DNA from: a virus
Taxonomy: Duplodnaviria; Heunggongvirae; Uroviricota; Caudoviricetes
DNA length: 64,000 bases
Virus record (IMG/VR): IMGVR_UViG_3300038530_001701
Strand: one strand, 5' to 3'
Part shown: positions 20,012 through 30,069 of the stretch, piece after piece
How positions within the stretch are numbered: position 1 is the first letter of the stretch
Layout of the letters: each line of letters begins with the position of its first letter
Made by a program: the position numbers and the translations under genes
The notes under the pieces: generated by a model
What the model was told of the DNA's origin: nothing
The model's database searches: none
The model's input: only the letters and a program-made list of their open reading frames with translations

Positions 20012-20674
20012 TTAGTAATCGCTGTCGTCTTCGTCAGGGTCAAACGGAGCGTCGTCGTCGTCACCTTCAGCGTCTCCGGCATCAGAGCCGAAATCATCGT
20101 CGTCAGCGTCTTCTGGTTCAGAACTGTAGTCGCCACCTTCAACGACCTCACCAAGTTCATCAACACTGTCAGCAGCTTGGTACTCGATAAGGTTGTCAAC
20201 GCGAACAGCCTTAAGTTTTGCGAAAGTACCAAATTTATTGGTGATAACATCGTACATTACCACACCAGTAGAACCGTTACTTACCAGTTTCAACTTAGTA
20301 ATGTCCTTCAGCAAAGGCTTACCGTCTTCGCTCAAACCAATCTTCTCGTACACCTTAACTCGATACTTCGGGTCAAACTGTTTCAGACGACCAGTTTCCT
20401 TATCTTTGTAGTGAGTATCCTTCTTAAGCTTCACAACATACTGTTCTTCTTGCTCAGGATACGGAGGGTCGATCTTAAAGACCTCCTTGAATTCTTTGTT
20501 GTCAAACTCCTTTGGAGGTTGTTTCTTGAATTCTTTTTTCCAGCGTTTAGCTGTCTTCTCATCGATAATACAATCAACAGTCCATTCGGTGTTTTGTGCA
20601 CCTTCAGTCTCATACTTCTGAGCGGGTTGTTGAATCTTAACGTAAGCCAGAACTACATCTTTCAATACTGCCAT
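20012..20674 (-). CDS. single-stranded DNA-binding protein with acidic C-terminal tail (T7 gp2.5-like)
   Basis: 220 aa; C-terminus DDDDFGSDAGDAEGDDDDAPFDPDEDDSDY ending in aromatic residue, hallmark of T7-type SSB. Confidence 0.65.
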   Translation of the reverse strand: MAVLKDVVLAYVKIQQPAQKYETEGAQNTEWTVDCIIDEKTAKRWKKEFKKQPPKEFDNKEFKEVFKIDPPYPEQEEQYVVKLKKDTHYKDKETGRLKQFDPKYRVKVYEKIGLSEDGKPLLKDITKLKLVSNGSTGVVMYDVITNKFGTFAKLKAVRVDNLIEYQAADSVDELGEVVEGGDYSSEPEDADDDDFGSDAGDAEGDDDDAPFDPDEDDSDY

Positions 20675-20728
20675 AATTAGCTTCTCCTATTTTGCTATTA
20701 AAGTTTTATGCTATTAAATGTTTAGCTT

Positions 20729-21127
20729 TTATTTTCGCTTTTTACCATTGCCAAAACTGGCATTATGACTGTGGACTTTTCGCGCCCTAGCGTAAAGAGA
20801 GGCGAATCTCTTTCTTTCTGCTTTAGTCATATCCTTTAGAGACTCAGCACACTCAGGAATAATAGTTTCCTTCTTACCATCATCACGCTTAATGGTGATT
20901 GGTGTAGTTTGTACCGGAGTCAGCAACTGATCCATCTTCGGAGTAAGCCAGCCAGAAACACTCTCAGGCTTCTTCAGACGGTAGGCAGTGCTACCCCCTT
21001 GCTTATCGTTTGGATGGTTCTTCTGGTGACGCTCAAGGCGCTTCTTGCGATTCTTCGCAGCCTTTGCCGGGTAAGAACCGTAGTAGTTCTTCTGAGCGTT
21101 ACCGTTACGACCTGTTTTACCTGCCAT
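20729..21127 (-). CDS. small basic (Lys/Arg-rich) protein, possible DNA-binding
   Basis: 132 aa, pI very basic, RBS present. Confidence 0.4.
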   Translation of the reverse strand: MAGKTGRNGNAQKNYYGSYPAKAAKNRKKRLERHQKNHPNDKQGGSTAYRLKKPESVSGWLTPKMDQLLTPVQTTPITIKRDDGKKETIIPECAESLKDMTKAERKRFASLYARARKVHSHNASFGNGKKRK

Positions 21128-21365
21128 AATTAATTCCTCCTATTAAATTTCCTCACACTGTATAGATAGTCTATCGTGAGAACCTATGAAAGTCAACCCC
21201 ACGATAGAATTTTTTAATTGAGATCACTCAATATAATCAACTTACCCTCGCGTTCCTCTATATCGGATTCTTCCAATTTGAACTCGGAGGTTTGCCCGCA
21301 GGAGTGAACTAAGAAGTAAACCTCTAAGTCTTCTCCATATTTTTCAATAAGTTCTTTTAGGTTCA

Positions 21366-23648
21366 TTAGTGACATTCTGCCCAATTAGTTCCAATGTCAT
21401 AGTCAGCGGCAAGATTGACACGGAAGTTGTAGTATTCACCAGCTTCTGCCATAGTTTCAGCAAATGTCTGACCAATAATTGACCAACCTCTCACAAACTT
21501 ACCATCCTTCTCATGCACGTTACTTAGAACTTTACCTTCAATTTCAAAAGCTTCAGCTTCTTCTTTGGTGTTAAACTCATACATATCGATAAGCTCTGGT
21601 GAGACCTGCCACTGACATTCGTCGTGATAGTGAATCATCTGTGAAGCTTTAATCTCAGAATCCCTGAAAGGATTGCTGTAAAGACCTTGCTTCTTAAGCC
21701 TACGCATGTAGAGAACCATCTGACGCTTCATTACGATAGCACCTGTACTTTGGAACAACACGTTCAACAGAGAGTGTTCTGAACGAGTCATAAGCTTACG
21801 ACCGTCGATACCTCTGATAAACACCTTACGTCCCTTGGTTTTCCAGTAAGTTGCAACACGTTCTTTCAAAATCTTGAGAGGCAGTGAAGCGTCCCAAAAG
21901 TCTTCAAAGATTTTCTCAGCTTCTGCCAGACTAACACCAAGGGTCTTGGCAATTTTTCTAGCCTGTGCGCCGTATGTTGTTGCATACTTCAGAGTTTTAG
22001 CTGTATCCCTTGTAACATCCATCTTTGCAGCGTTAACTGTGTGAATGTCATGAGGCTTCTCAGAAATCAAAGCCGTAGCATATTCATCACCACCTTCAAA
22101 TTGCTTAGTGAAGTGAGCCTCGACCCTAGCCTCTAAGCCAGCAGCGTCTGAACCAATCTGGTACTGTCCTTCAGGGACTCCGAATAACGCACGAATAAAC
22201 TCACCGTATGTACTGGATACCCTCGGGACGTTGGCAACATCCTTATGTGTATATCTGAAGGTATTTGTACCAGCGGTATCAGCCGGTGTCGATATACGTC
22301 CATCTTGATATATTCTGTCATCGTTCAACCATCCTGTACCTTTCTCAGACTTAATAGCATTACGTCTGTGGCGATATGTCAACCACAATACAAGATCGCC
22401 AATCCAGTCAAATTTACTCCCAAGCTCTACAAGGTTTGGACAGATTTGTTTGTCTGTACCAACAGTCAGAGACGGAGTTGAAAGTACACGCAAAGGTCTC
22501 TCTCGATCATGCTTTAGAAGCTTCTTACGGAACTCCTGTGGCTTAATCTTAAGATGCTTAAGCCTTGGCTTCATGTACTCACTTTCCATAGTCTGCTCGA
22601 TGTAACGCTCACAAGCAGCCTTGAACTTGACGAAGTTTTGCTTCTTCTTCTTAGAGTCGAGAGTCAAATCTTTCTCTTTCCAAGCAGAAGGTTCCCATCC
22701 TTGAGAGATCAAGTATTGCTTAATAGCATCCTGATCAGCCAACTTCATAGGTTCTGTGCCCAACACAGGTTCTTGTGGCATCGGAATCGACCACTCCTTT
22801 CCAAAACCTTTTGCCAACCAATCTCCATAATCATCTTGAGAATATTCCATTTCATGTTTCTCAAGGAAGTTAATCATGTGTTGTGACAACTCACCGCTTT
22901 TCTTAACCTGAATCTTAGGCGGTATAAACTTCTTAGCAGTGGTCTTAGTCATTGGTTTTGCAGGCAGCAGAGGTTCAATCTTAGCCTCAATTGTTGCCAT
23001 CTTCTCGTCAAGGTCTTCAACACACCACTCAGCAAGCTCTCGATTAAATCTAAAGCCAAAGTGACTTTGAATTGTCACATAGTAACGAATAGTTTGTTCC
23101 AACCAAAACGCTTCAGACCAATCCCAACTACGCCACTCTTGAATCATCAAGTGATCATAGACTTTATGGTTCAAGTTAACGTCCTGTACACAATACTTAA
23201 GCATTGCTTCAGAATACTCAGACCAATCAGACTGTTTACCAAAGTCGTCTTTGTGGAAAGAAAGTCGATCCCCCCAAGGTTCAAGACCATGACCACTTAA
23301 GCGATCTGGATTCAGCAATTTGCTTAGTACAAGTGTGTCGCAAATCTCTACTTCTTTACCATCGATTGTGAAAGGGTCTGCATCAAATTTCAGACCAAAT
23401 ACCAACTCAATTACAAGCAAGTCATAGTCAATAATGTTGTGACCAATTACCTTAGTACACTTCTTAAAGAACTCAGGAAAGTCCCAAAGGTTTTCTGGTG
23501 TGAATTTATAGATCATTCCAGACTTAACATCCTTTGCTACAATACAGTGAACCATAAATGTTGGTTTCAACTTGAAAGGATATTGGTTATAATTTATACT
23601 ACTGCTATCAAGTAAGCCAGTAGCTTCAATGTCAAATACTACTTCCAT
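21366..23648 (-). CDS. DNA polymerase, family A (T7-like) with 3'-5' exonuclease domain
   Basis: 760 aa; ExoI DIEATGL, ExoIII YCVQDV; pol motif A SDAAGLEARV, motif B RDTAKTLKYATTYG, motif C HYHDE. Confidence 0.9.
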   Translation of the reverse strand: MEVVFDIEATGLLDSSSINYNQYPFKLKPTFMVHCIVAKDVKSGMIYKFTPENLWDFPEFFKKCTKVIGHNIIDYDLLVIELVFGLKFDADPFTIDGKEVEICDTLVLSKLLNPDRLSGHGLEPWGDRLSFHKDDFGKQSDWSEYSEAMLKYCVQDVNLNHKVYDHLMIQEWRSWDWSEAFWLEQTIRYYVTIQSHFGFRFNRELAEWCVEDLDEKMATIEAKIEPLLPAKPMTKTTAKKFIPPKIQVKKSGELSQHMINFLEKHEMEYSQDDYGDWLAKGFGKEWSIPMPQEPVLGTEPMKLADQDAIKQYLISQGWEPSAWKEKDLTLDSKKKKQNFVKFKAACERYIEQTMESEYMKPRLKHLKIKPQEFRKKLLKHDRERPLRVLSTPSLTVGTDKQICPNLVELGSKFDWIGDLVLWLTYRHRRNAIKSEKGTGWLNDDRIYQDGRISTPADTAGTNTFRYTHKDVANVPRVSSTYGEFIRALFGVPEGQYQIGSDAAGLEARVEAHFTKQFEGGDEYATALISEKPHDIHTVNAAKMDVTRDTAKTLKYATTYGAQARKIAKTLGVSLAEAEKIFEDFWDASLPLKILKERVATYWKTKGRKVFIRGIDGRKLMTRSEHSLLNVLFQSTGAIVMKRQMVLYMRRLKKQGLYSNPFRDSEIKASQMIHYHDECQWQVSPELIDMYEFNTKEEAEAFEIEGKVLSNVHEKDGKFVRGWSIIGQTFAETMAEAGEYYNFRVNLAADYDIGTNWAECH

Positions 23649-23696
23649 ACTAACTCCTAGTTGATTCTAGTTGTGTTCGGATGAGTAGCCCCCTAA

Positions 23697-25547
23697 TTAA
23701 TAGGAGGCTGGTTCATCTACGTGTTCTTGAGTGTAGGCACCAAGCATTCCGAAGTCTTCCTCATCATCGCTATAGTCACCTTCAGGGTCATACCCTTCCT
23801 CAAGTCTTGCTGTTTGATTGTTGTAGAACCACCATCCAGCAGGGCCTGTATTACCAGTCCTACGGGCTTTACTTACAACAACCTTAGTTGTGTTACGAAC
23901 TCTCTCGTCAGGGTGTTCTTTGTCTCTCATCAAAAGAATGTTGACCATACCAACTTGGAAGATAGAACCTGAACCCTTAATATCTTCTTCGTGAATGTCA
24001 GCACCAGTTGAGTTAGCCTTAGCTCCAGAACCACTTTTACGAACGTGAGCTACGTTAATGTGAACAATCTTCTCACGCTTTACAAAGCGAAGTAGCCATG
24101 ACATAAACTCATCCATACCTTCGTTCTGTTTACCGCTTAAAGCGAGTGTCAGAGGGTCTAGAATGATACCCTTACAGTCACAACCCTTAACCATGTATTC
24201 AATCTTATTCTTAAGATCATCGTCACATACATCACCTTGATGGTCAAGAATAATAAATCTATCCTCACCATTAGGTAGCTTAGTAAGTTGATCATAAGCA
24301 TCCTTGAACTTCTCGGTCTGGTAAAGTTCGCGTTTTTCTTCATCATCCATGTTAGCAAGTTTGATGCCAAGGTGTACACTTACCAAGTTCTCGATAAGTT
24401 CACCCATATCACTCTCTAGAGGAATAACACCAATCTTATGCTCTGAATTGAAAACGAAATGATAAAGAAACTCATTTACAACCGTAGTTTTACCTACTGA
24501 ACTCGCAGCAACTACGTTGATAATCTCACCTAAAGCAAAACCACCATTCATCATTTGTTGAAGACGAGCAGCGAAAGCAGGCAAACCTAGCTTAACCCAA
24601 TTAGCTCTTTCCATCAAAGCGTCAAAAGTTTGACTACTACCTACAACACCAGCAGGAGTGTATTTACCATGCTGTGCAGCTTTCCAGAAGGCTTGGTATA
24701 GTTCGTCCTGAAGATCATCCTTTACGTAATCACAAGGGTCATTCAGTCGAAGATCAGCAATATGTGCTTGCCCCGGTTTCAATAGCTTTGCAACAGCTTC
24801 AGCGGCTTTTTTACCAGCTTCGTCATTGTCAAGCATGATGATAACTTTCTCGAAAGAAGTCACCCAATCATAGTTTGCTTTGACCTGCTTATCTGTAGAA
24901 GGTTCCCCTGTCACACCAGAAACTACAGGAGTTTCATACTTAGGGTTCTTCTCCATCATGGTTTGTTTCATAGCCATAGCATCTTCTTCACCACCTACGA
25001 TGATGAGGAACTTACCACCTTTCGGATAAAGATGTTGACCAAACATTTCACAATCATTTTTTACACTACCAATCGCTCGGAAGTGTCGTTTGTCTTTCTT
25101 AGGAACTGAGAGATTTCTGACTTTATAGCCGACGATCTCACCGCCTTTTGTTACTGGATAGTAACGCTTGAAGGGTTTGCCGTTTGCATCGAACTCTGTG
25201 CGTACACCATACATTTCGTTGATTGGCTTTTTCAGTTTACGCTTTCGATCACCACGACATTCTAATTCTAAAACATCATCTAATTCTTCTACCACTTGGT
25301 TATGATCCTCCCAACTATCATCTGCCTCTATTACTCCTTCAAAATCCTCACCATAGAAGGTCTCGACAAGTTTTGGTGGAATATAGCCCTTACCACCACT
25401 ATCACCACAGGCGAAGCAGTAACCGTCTATAAACTCATTACCTTTCTTGTCGAGCTTCTTGTAAAGGGTTACGGCATCCGAAGAACCGCAACCCTCATGA
25501 GGACAGGGAAGGTGTGTTTTATAAGTATCACCTTCTTGTTGACTCAT
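23697..25547 (-). CDS. bifunctional primase-helicase (T7 gp4-like)
   Basis: 616 aa; N-terminal Zn finger CPHEGCG...CFACG, TOPRIM region, DnaB-family Walker A AASSVGKTT. Confidence 0.9.
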   Translation of the reverse strand: MSQQEGDTYKTHLPCPHEGCGSSDAVTLYKKLDKKGNEFIDGYCFACGDSGGKGYIPPKLVETFYGEDFEGVIEADDSWEDHNQVVEELDDVLELECRGDRKRKLKKPINEMYGVRTEFDANGKPFKRYYPVTKGGEIVGYKVRNLSVPKKDKRHFRAIGSVKNDCEMFGQHLYPKGGKFLIIVGGEEDAMAMKQTMMEKNPKYETPVVSGVTGEPSTDKQVKANYDWVTSFEKVIIMLDNDEAGKKAAEAVAKLLKPGQAHIADLRLNDPCDYVKDDLQDELYQAFWKAAQHGKYTPAGVVGSSQTFDALMERANWVKLGLPAFAARLQQMMNGGFALGEIINVVAASSVGKTTVVNEFLYHFVFNSEHKIGVIPLESDMGELIENLVSVHLGIKLANMDDEEKRELYQTEKFKDAYDQLTKLPNGEDRFIILDHQGDVCDDDLKNKIEYMVKGCDCKGIILDPLTLALSGKQNEGMDEFMSWLLRFVKREKIVHINVAHVRKSGSGAKANSTGADIHEEDIKGSGSIFQVGMVNILLMRDKEHPDERVRNTTKVVVSKARRTGNTGPAGWWFYNNQTARLEEGYDPEGDYSDDEEDFGMLGAYTQEHVDEPASY

Positions 25548-25559
25548 TTTTCTCCCTAT

Positions 25560-27131
25560 TTAGAATGACTTAGAAACTCGTTCACGAATCTGTGACAGTG
25601 TTTGCAGACGTTTCATATCACCATCTTCAAATACAACTTTCAATTCGTTACTCTCTGAGTTTACATCAGACCAGCCAACTCTGTCAACTAGTTTCAGCAT
25701 GTTGCCTTGAATTTCCTCGTCTTTGATAACCATCAGTAGACCAGTAGCAGACTTCTTAGTCCCATCATCAGTCACAGGGTCTTTAAAAATTTCCTTACCC
25801 TCGCCGTTGATTTCACAGTAAGTTGCCTTCATAGCCATACCAAAAGTATCACGAGTAATCATCTGGTAAGTATATGAACCTACGCCGAAGACTACGTTAC
25901 CTGAACTAAAGCCTTTGTCTTTAAGACGCTGGCAGATTTGCTTACAGCGTTCCAAAGTAATAGAGTCACCATAGATCAATCCAACGTGGCTGTCAAGCTC
26001 TTTGTAACCTTTCTCGTTAACAGTGCCACCGAATTGCTCCCAAAGGATTTGAATAGCCCCTTTGATAACATTCTCGCTCAGAGGTTCGCAACCGCCTTTG
26101 AATGCAGCACCATCCCAAGCTTCCAGTGGGTAAGGCACACCGTCACGAGTACGGCGATAAGAGCCTTCTGGCAGACCACAGATGATATCAACAGGGTCTC
26201 CACTATCAGGACGAAAGACTACCTTACCGTCACGCTTCATGATTTCATCTTTCAATGCTGGTGCAATCTCAGTTAGAACCTTCCACAAGTCCCAAGTATC
26301 TGAAACGATACCTACAAGGCCATTCGGATACAGTTCTGTGATGAATCGCTTGTAGGTATTGAACTCGTCTTCCTTACCACCAGCACACATTACAGAGTGT
26401 TCTGAAGCAGGAATAGAAGTACCAATCAGTTCTTCTGTAGGCTCTGCTCCATAGTAACGCTCACAAGTATCAATAGCAGGAATGTTATCAGTTCCTACAA
26501 AACTCAGCAAGTGCCCTACACCACTGTTTGCAGCATCAGCACGACCAGACATACCACGCATAGAAAAGTCGTGTACGCTGAACGGGATCATTTCTTTAGC
26601 TGCGCCAGTTTCTTCTGCATACTTCTCAAGAATCTTACGATATTCCCGAGCAATGGTAGCGACAGTAGAGGGCTTCCAGATTTCAGCAGACATAACAGTT
26701 TCAATGTAGTTAGTCAACCAAAAGAATTCTGGCAGTGTATTCTCTACAGTAAACATTGGAACCTTGAAAGGAACAATTGTACCTTCAGGCAGCGCACGAA
26801 TACGCAGCGGCAGATAGCCAAGGTTGTGCAATTCTTCAATGTGTGAAAAATCAATGGCATCGGGGCCAAGTGAAGTTTCGATACGGCTGCGGTAATAACC
26901 AACAGCATTGTCTAAGGGAACATTAAAGAAGTTCTCGTTCCATTCTTCAATCAAGTGTTCCAGAATAAACTTCTGAAGACCTACAAATACAACTCCATCT
27001 ACATCACGACCAAAGTGCTTACCGCTACGTGGAGTAAAGTTAGAGAAAACTAGTTCAGTACCTTCAGGATACTGGAACTTGTGGTTTACTTTGTAAAAAT
27101 CTGTTTGCGTCATTGGGTGTTGTTTGTTCAT
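25560..27131 (-). CDS. nicotinamide phosphoribosyltransferase-like enzyme (NadV/Nampt family; possible Namat of NARP1)
   Basis: 523 aa; N-terminal TDFYKVNH matches NadV TDSYK.xH signature; size as NadV. Confidence 0.75.
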   Translation of the reverse strand: MNKQHPMTQTDFYKVNHKFQYPEGTELVFSNFTPRSGKHFGRDVDGVVFVGLQKFILEHLIEEWNENFFNVPLDNAVGYYRSRIETSLGPDAIDFSHIEELHNLGYLPLRIRALPEGTIVPFKVPMFTVENTLPEFFWLTNYIETVMSAEIWKPSTVATIAREYRKILEKYAEETGAAKEMIPFSVHDFSMRGMSGRADAANSGVGHLLSFVGTDNIPAIDTCERYYGAEPTEELIGTSIPASEHSVMCAGGKEDEFNTYKRFITELYPNGLVGIVSDTWDLWKVLTEIAPALKDEIMKRDGKVVFRPDSGDPVDIICGLPEGSYRRTRDGVPYPLEAWDGAAFKGGCEPLSENVIKGAIQILWEQFGGTVNEKGYKELDSHVGLIYGDSITLERCKQICQRLKDKGFSSGNVVFGVGSYTYQMITRDTFGMAMKATYCEINGEGKEIFKDPVTDDGTKKSATGLLMVIKDEEIQGNMLKLVDRVGWSDVNSESNELKVVFEDGDMKRLQTLSQIRERVSKSF

Positions 27132-27141
27132 AATTTCCCTC

Positions 27142-27372
27142 CTAATCTATGTATTTAACAAGTATGTGTACAAAAGACAGTACGATACTTACGAATAACA
27201 AAGATGTAAGTACAGCCTTTGTCTGAACAAATAGCCCTACAATAAATGCGAATATAAGGCCACAGACCATTGCGACTACTACAAATAGTACTACAACAGC
27301 ACATATCTTGTCAATTATTGGTACTTCTTGATTCCAGAACCAATCTCTTAAGTTGATCAGAGTATCTTTCAT
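27142..27372 (-). CDS. small membrane protein
   Basis: 76 aa, two hydrophobic helices. Confidence 0.35.
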   Translation of the reverse strand: MKDTLINLRDWFWNQEVPIIDKICAVVVLFVVVAMVCGLIFAFIVGLFVQTKAVLTSLLFVSIVLSFVHILVKYID

Positions 27373-27887
27373 TTGTCCTCCTTATAAATTACACAAGTAA
27401 GATCGCTAAATCCGATCAAATCAATAATCTCCTCAATCATATCCCAATTACCACCAGCAAGTCCAGCACCAATTTTAGGGATACCAATACGACAAGGTGC
27501 TTGTGGATTCATATCATACAGCAATTTAATCTGATTGAACACCTGACCAACAGCATCGTAATCAACGTGTACCAGATTTCTTGGAGCGAATCGGTATTGA
27601 GTATATGCGTTGATAACAGTGAAGTTGTATGGCTTGCTGTTAATTTTTGGAGGTACATTGTGTGAAACCCCCGACCAACCATTAACATGAGCCTGAGTAA
27701 ACATACCAAGCTTATACTTATCACCCTTCTGAGTCATTTGATCAATCAAATAAGCTTTAGGGTATCTCTGCCTTATTTGAGCAGCAATACCTGAACCCAT
27801 AGTGTTAAAACAGTTACAGCCGTGTACAATAATGTCGAACTTACCGGCTTCTGCCATGTCCAAAAGATTACCTTCCACATATTTCAT
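27369..27887 (-). CDS. macro-domain protein (ADP-ribose binding/processing)
   Basis: 172 aa; IVHGCNCFNTMGSGIAAQI resembles macro-domain Nx(6)GGGVxxAI loop. Confidence 0.55.
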   Translation of the reverse strand: MKYVEGNLLDMAEAGKFDIIVHGCNCFNTMGSGIAAQIRQRYPKAYLIDQMTQKGDKYKLGMFTQAHVNGWSGVSHNVPPKINSKPYNFTVINAYTQYRFAPRNLVHVDYDAVGQVFNQIKLLYDMNPQAPCRIGIPKIGAGLAGGNWDMIEEIIDLIGFSDLTCVIYKEDK

Positions 27888-28252
27888 TTAAACCTCCGGT
27901 CTTCCCAAGTTTCTGCTCTATCTGTACCATGATAAGGACAGGCATCTGTGATGATATTAAAGAATGTACCCATTCTATCACGATTATCCATCTTAGGACA
28001 AGTACAACCTTGTAATTCAAACCAGTAGCTATGGTACGACTTATCCAAAGGGAACTTCCAGATAAGTTGCATAGTATACTCAAGACCTCTCACAATATCT
28101 ACAGCTTGCTTTGGAGTGTCACACAGCATACTAGGTCTGGCTAGAATTTGATGGAGGTTTTTATACACAGAGTTAAGTCCATGCATATCCTCATCTGTCA
28201 ACCCCCTACTTTTTGCCAGAGCAACATTAAACTTAAACTCTGTGTTTTCCAT
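27884..28252 (-). CDS. hypothetical protein
   Basis: 122-aa ORF, start overlaps preceding gene stop (ATGA). Confidence 0.4.
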   Translation of the reverse strand: MENTEFKFNVALAKSRGLTDEDMHGLNSVYKNLHQILARPSMLCDTPKQAVDIVRGLEYTMQLIWKFPLDKSYHSYWFELQGCTCPKMDNRDRMGTFFNIITDACPYHGTDRAETWEDRRFK

Positions 28253-28260
28253 AAAACCTC

Positions 28261-28632
28261 CTAGTAAGTGTCATTTGGTATTTTCAGTGAATCAAGTAGG
28301 GATGATACACCAGAACTCCGACCAAGCCAACCTTCAAATTTACCAGTCCACTCGGGGATACCAAGCTCATCCATAAGGTCACAGTCAAAGACAACAGCAG
28401 TTTCATCGTTGTCAAGCATAACAGTGTAACCCAACCTTGTGTTCATCTTGACCAGAACCCAACGAAATTCATCATCATTCTTATCGAACATTCTTTGGAA
28501 TGATTTAACTTCTTTAATATACTGATCTTTTCCAATCAATTCTAGTTGATTAGTCACGGAACAACTCCACGGTAAACACTTTACCTTGATCTGATTTAGG
28601 GCCAGTATACTCGTAACACCATACTTCGTCAA
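28261..28632 (-). CDS. hypothetical protein (start uncertain; 83-nt overlap with upstream gene suggests a later start)
   Basis: 123-aa ORF. Confidence 0.35.
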   Translation of the reverse strand: MTKYGVTSILALNQIKVKCLPWSCSVTNQLELIGKDQYIKEVKSFQRMFDKNDDEFRWVLVKMNTRLGYTVMLDNDETAVVFDCDLMDELGIPEWTGKFEGWLGRSSGVSSLLDSLKIPNDTY

Positions 28633-29398
28633 TATGTTCGAGCAAAATATCTACACCTTTGGTAAACTTACCGTGAGTGACATACAGTAGAATCCTCTCA
28701 GCGCCCTTCTCACGAAGTTTCTTAGCCAGCCCTATGAACGTACCACCACCATCACAAATGTCGTCTAGGATGGTCACAGTAAGTCCTGTGAGGTCTTCTG
28801 CATACACTTCAAAGCCTGAAAGATCACCAGTCATTGTGTCACGAATTTTGTCAGCACGAATAAGATCGACACCTTTTGCTTGAGCAGCCTTCAAAACTTT
28901 CTTATAGGCACCTGCATCTGGTGAAACAAATGCATTACACATATCAAAAGGCCCTTCCTCAGTTGAGTAGACGATCTGATCCATTGTAAGTGCTTCAAAG
29001 TTATCAATAACACCTTCGATAACATCGCTGTGAGGGTCTACAACAAACACTTTGTCAAAGCCACAGGAGTTAATCAGACTACCGATAACACGCAGGCTAT
29101 GTGGCTCTCCAGCGTTTGCTACTCGGTCTTGACGACCATACGGGAAGTATGAAATCAAAAGCACAAAAGTTTTATAATTCAACCAGCTACAACGCTCAAT
29201 AGCATCTTTAAGAAGCAGAAGATCGATCAAATCTTGATCAGATTCATACTGGATTCTGATTGTCAGTTGGTCGTACAGAATATTTGCAGGCGCTCTCATC
29301 TTCTGGATGGTAAGTTTACGCTCACCACACGGAAAATAAGACATTTCAATAGGCACTGTGCCTGCACTGCTATCCGCAATTACACTTACTCCAATCAT
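28550..29398 (-). CDS. ribose-phosphate pyrophosphokinase (Prs)-family enzyme; possible ADP-ribose pyrophosphokinase (Adps) of NARP1
   Basis: 282 aa; FPYGRQDR (cf. Prs PYYGYARQDRK), VVDPHS (cf. DLHA), ILDDICDGGGTF (cf. IDDIIDTAGT). Confidence 0.7.
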   Translation of the reverse strand: MIGVSVIADSSAGTVPIEMSYFPCGERKLTIQKMRAPANILYDQLTIRIQYESDQDLIDLLLLKDAIERCSWLNYKTFVLLISYFPYGRQDRVANAGEPHSLRVIGSLINSCGFDKVFVVDPHSDVIEGVIDNFEALTMDQIVYSTEEGPFDMCNAFVSPDAGAYKKVLKAAQAKGVDLIRADKIRDTMTGDLSGFEVYAEDLTGLTVTILDDICDGGGTFIGLAKKLREKGAERILLYVTHGKFTKGVDILLEHIDEVWCYEYTGPKSDQGKVFTVELFRD

Positions 29399-29628
29399 TT
29401 TACGTCCTCCGGTGTCAAATAAATTGCCTCAAAAGAACTATCGTTAAGTTCAGCGAGGGCTTTAAGTTCCATAAGCTCAGTCTTCAGCGTCTCATATTCA
29501 AGACGAGTGATGGTTGCTGTAACCCGCTTGTGTGTAAATTTTGGGCGGGGGTGCCTATCTTTGTTGATAATAGGGTTGAACCTCTCATCAAGCTTTTCAA
29601 AAATCTCAGTTACTGTTGGTTGATTCAT
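29395..29628 (-). CDS. hypothetical protein
   Basis: 77-aa ORF, stop/start overlap with Prs-like gene. Confidence 0.35.
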   Translation of the reverse strand: MNQPTVTEIFEKLDERFNPIINKDRHPRPKFTHKRVTATITRLEYETLKTELMELKALAELNDSSFEAIYLTPEDVK

Positions 29629-29821
29629 AACAAATCTCCAGAAAATATGGCTTTGCCTTCTCTTTTACTTCTTCAGCTACCTCTACTGAACCCAACTCAT
29701 GAGTCCATACAGGTCTCCCCATAATTTCTTCAATAAATTCATGAAGATCACTGAAGGGGCCACACAAAATTCCTGTGTATGCTCCAACGATTGCTGCTTG
29801 TCTTTTATCTAATCTACTCAT
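29606..29821 (-). CDS. hypothetical protein
   Basis: 71-aa ORF; GGAGG RBS directly downstream of a GGTCTCGACAGATTTTCA repeat copy. Confidence 0.35.
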   Translation of the reverse strand: MSRLDKRQAAIVGAYTGILCGPFSDLHEFIEEIMGRPVWTHELGSVEVAEEVKEKAKPYFLEICYESTNSN

Positions 29822-29823
29822 CT

Positions 29824-30069
29824 TTACCTCCTAGGTCTCGACAGATTTTCAGCCCCATACATGGTCTCGGCAGCTTTTCTAATCTCATCGATAGAGTAAA
29901 CTCCCGGTAGTCTCAGTCTCAGATAACTATCAGAGACGTACAAGATTGGGCCAGACAGGGCTACCATACCACAAGCGTAGTCTCTACCCAACTCATCTTT
30001 TGGGCCATCTTGATTGTAAATTCCAGCAAGACGCTTAAGGTCTCGACAGATTTCTACAGATTCACTCAT
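29824..30069 (-). CDS. hypothetical protein (N- and C-terminal codons lie inside repeat copies)
   Basis: 81-aa ORF; start MSESVEICRDL and end MYGAENLSRPRR both encoded by copies of the 18-bp repeat. Confidence 0.35.
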   Translation of the reverse strand: MSESVEICRDLKRLAGIYNQDGPKDELGRDYACGMVALSGPILYVSDSYLRLRLPGVYSIDEIRKAAETMYGAENLSRPRR

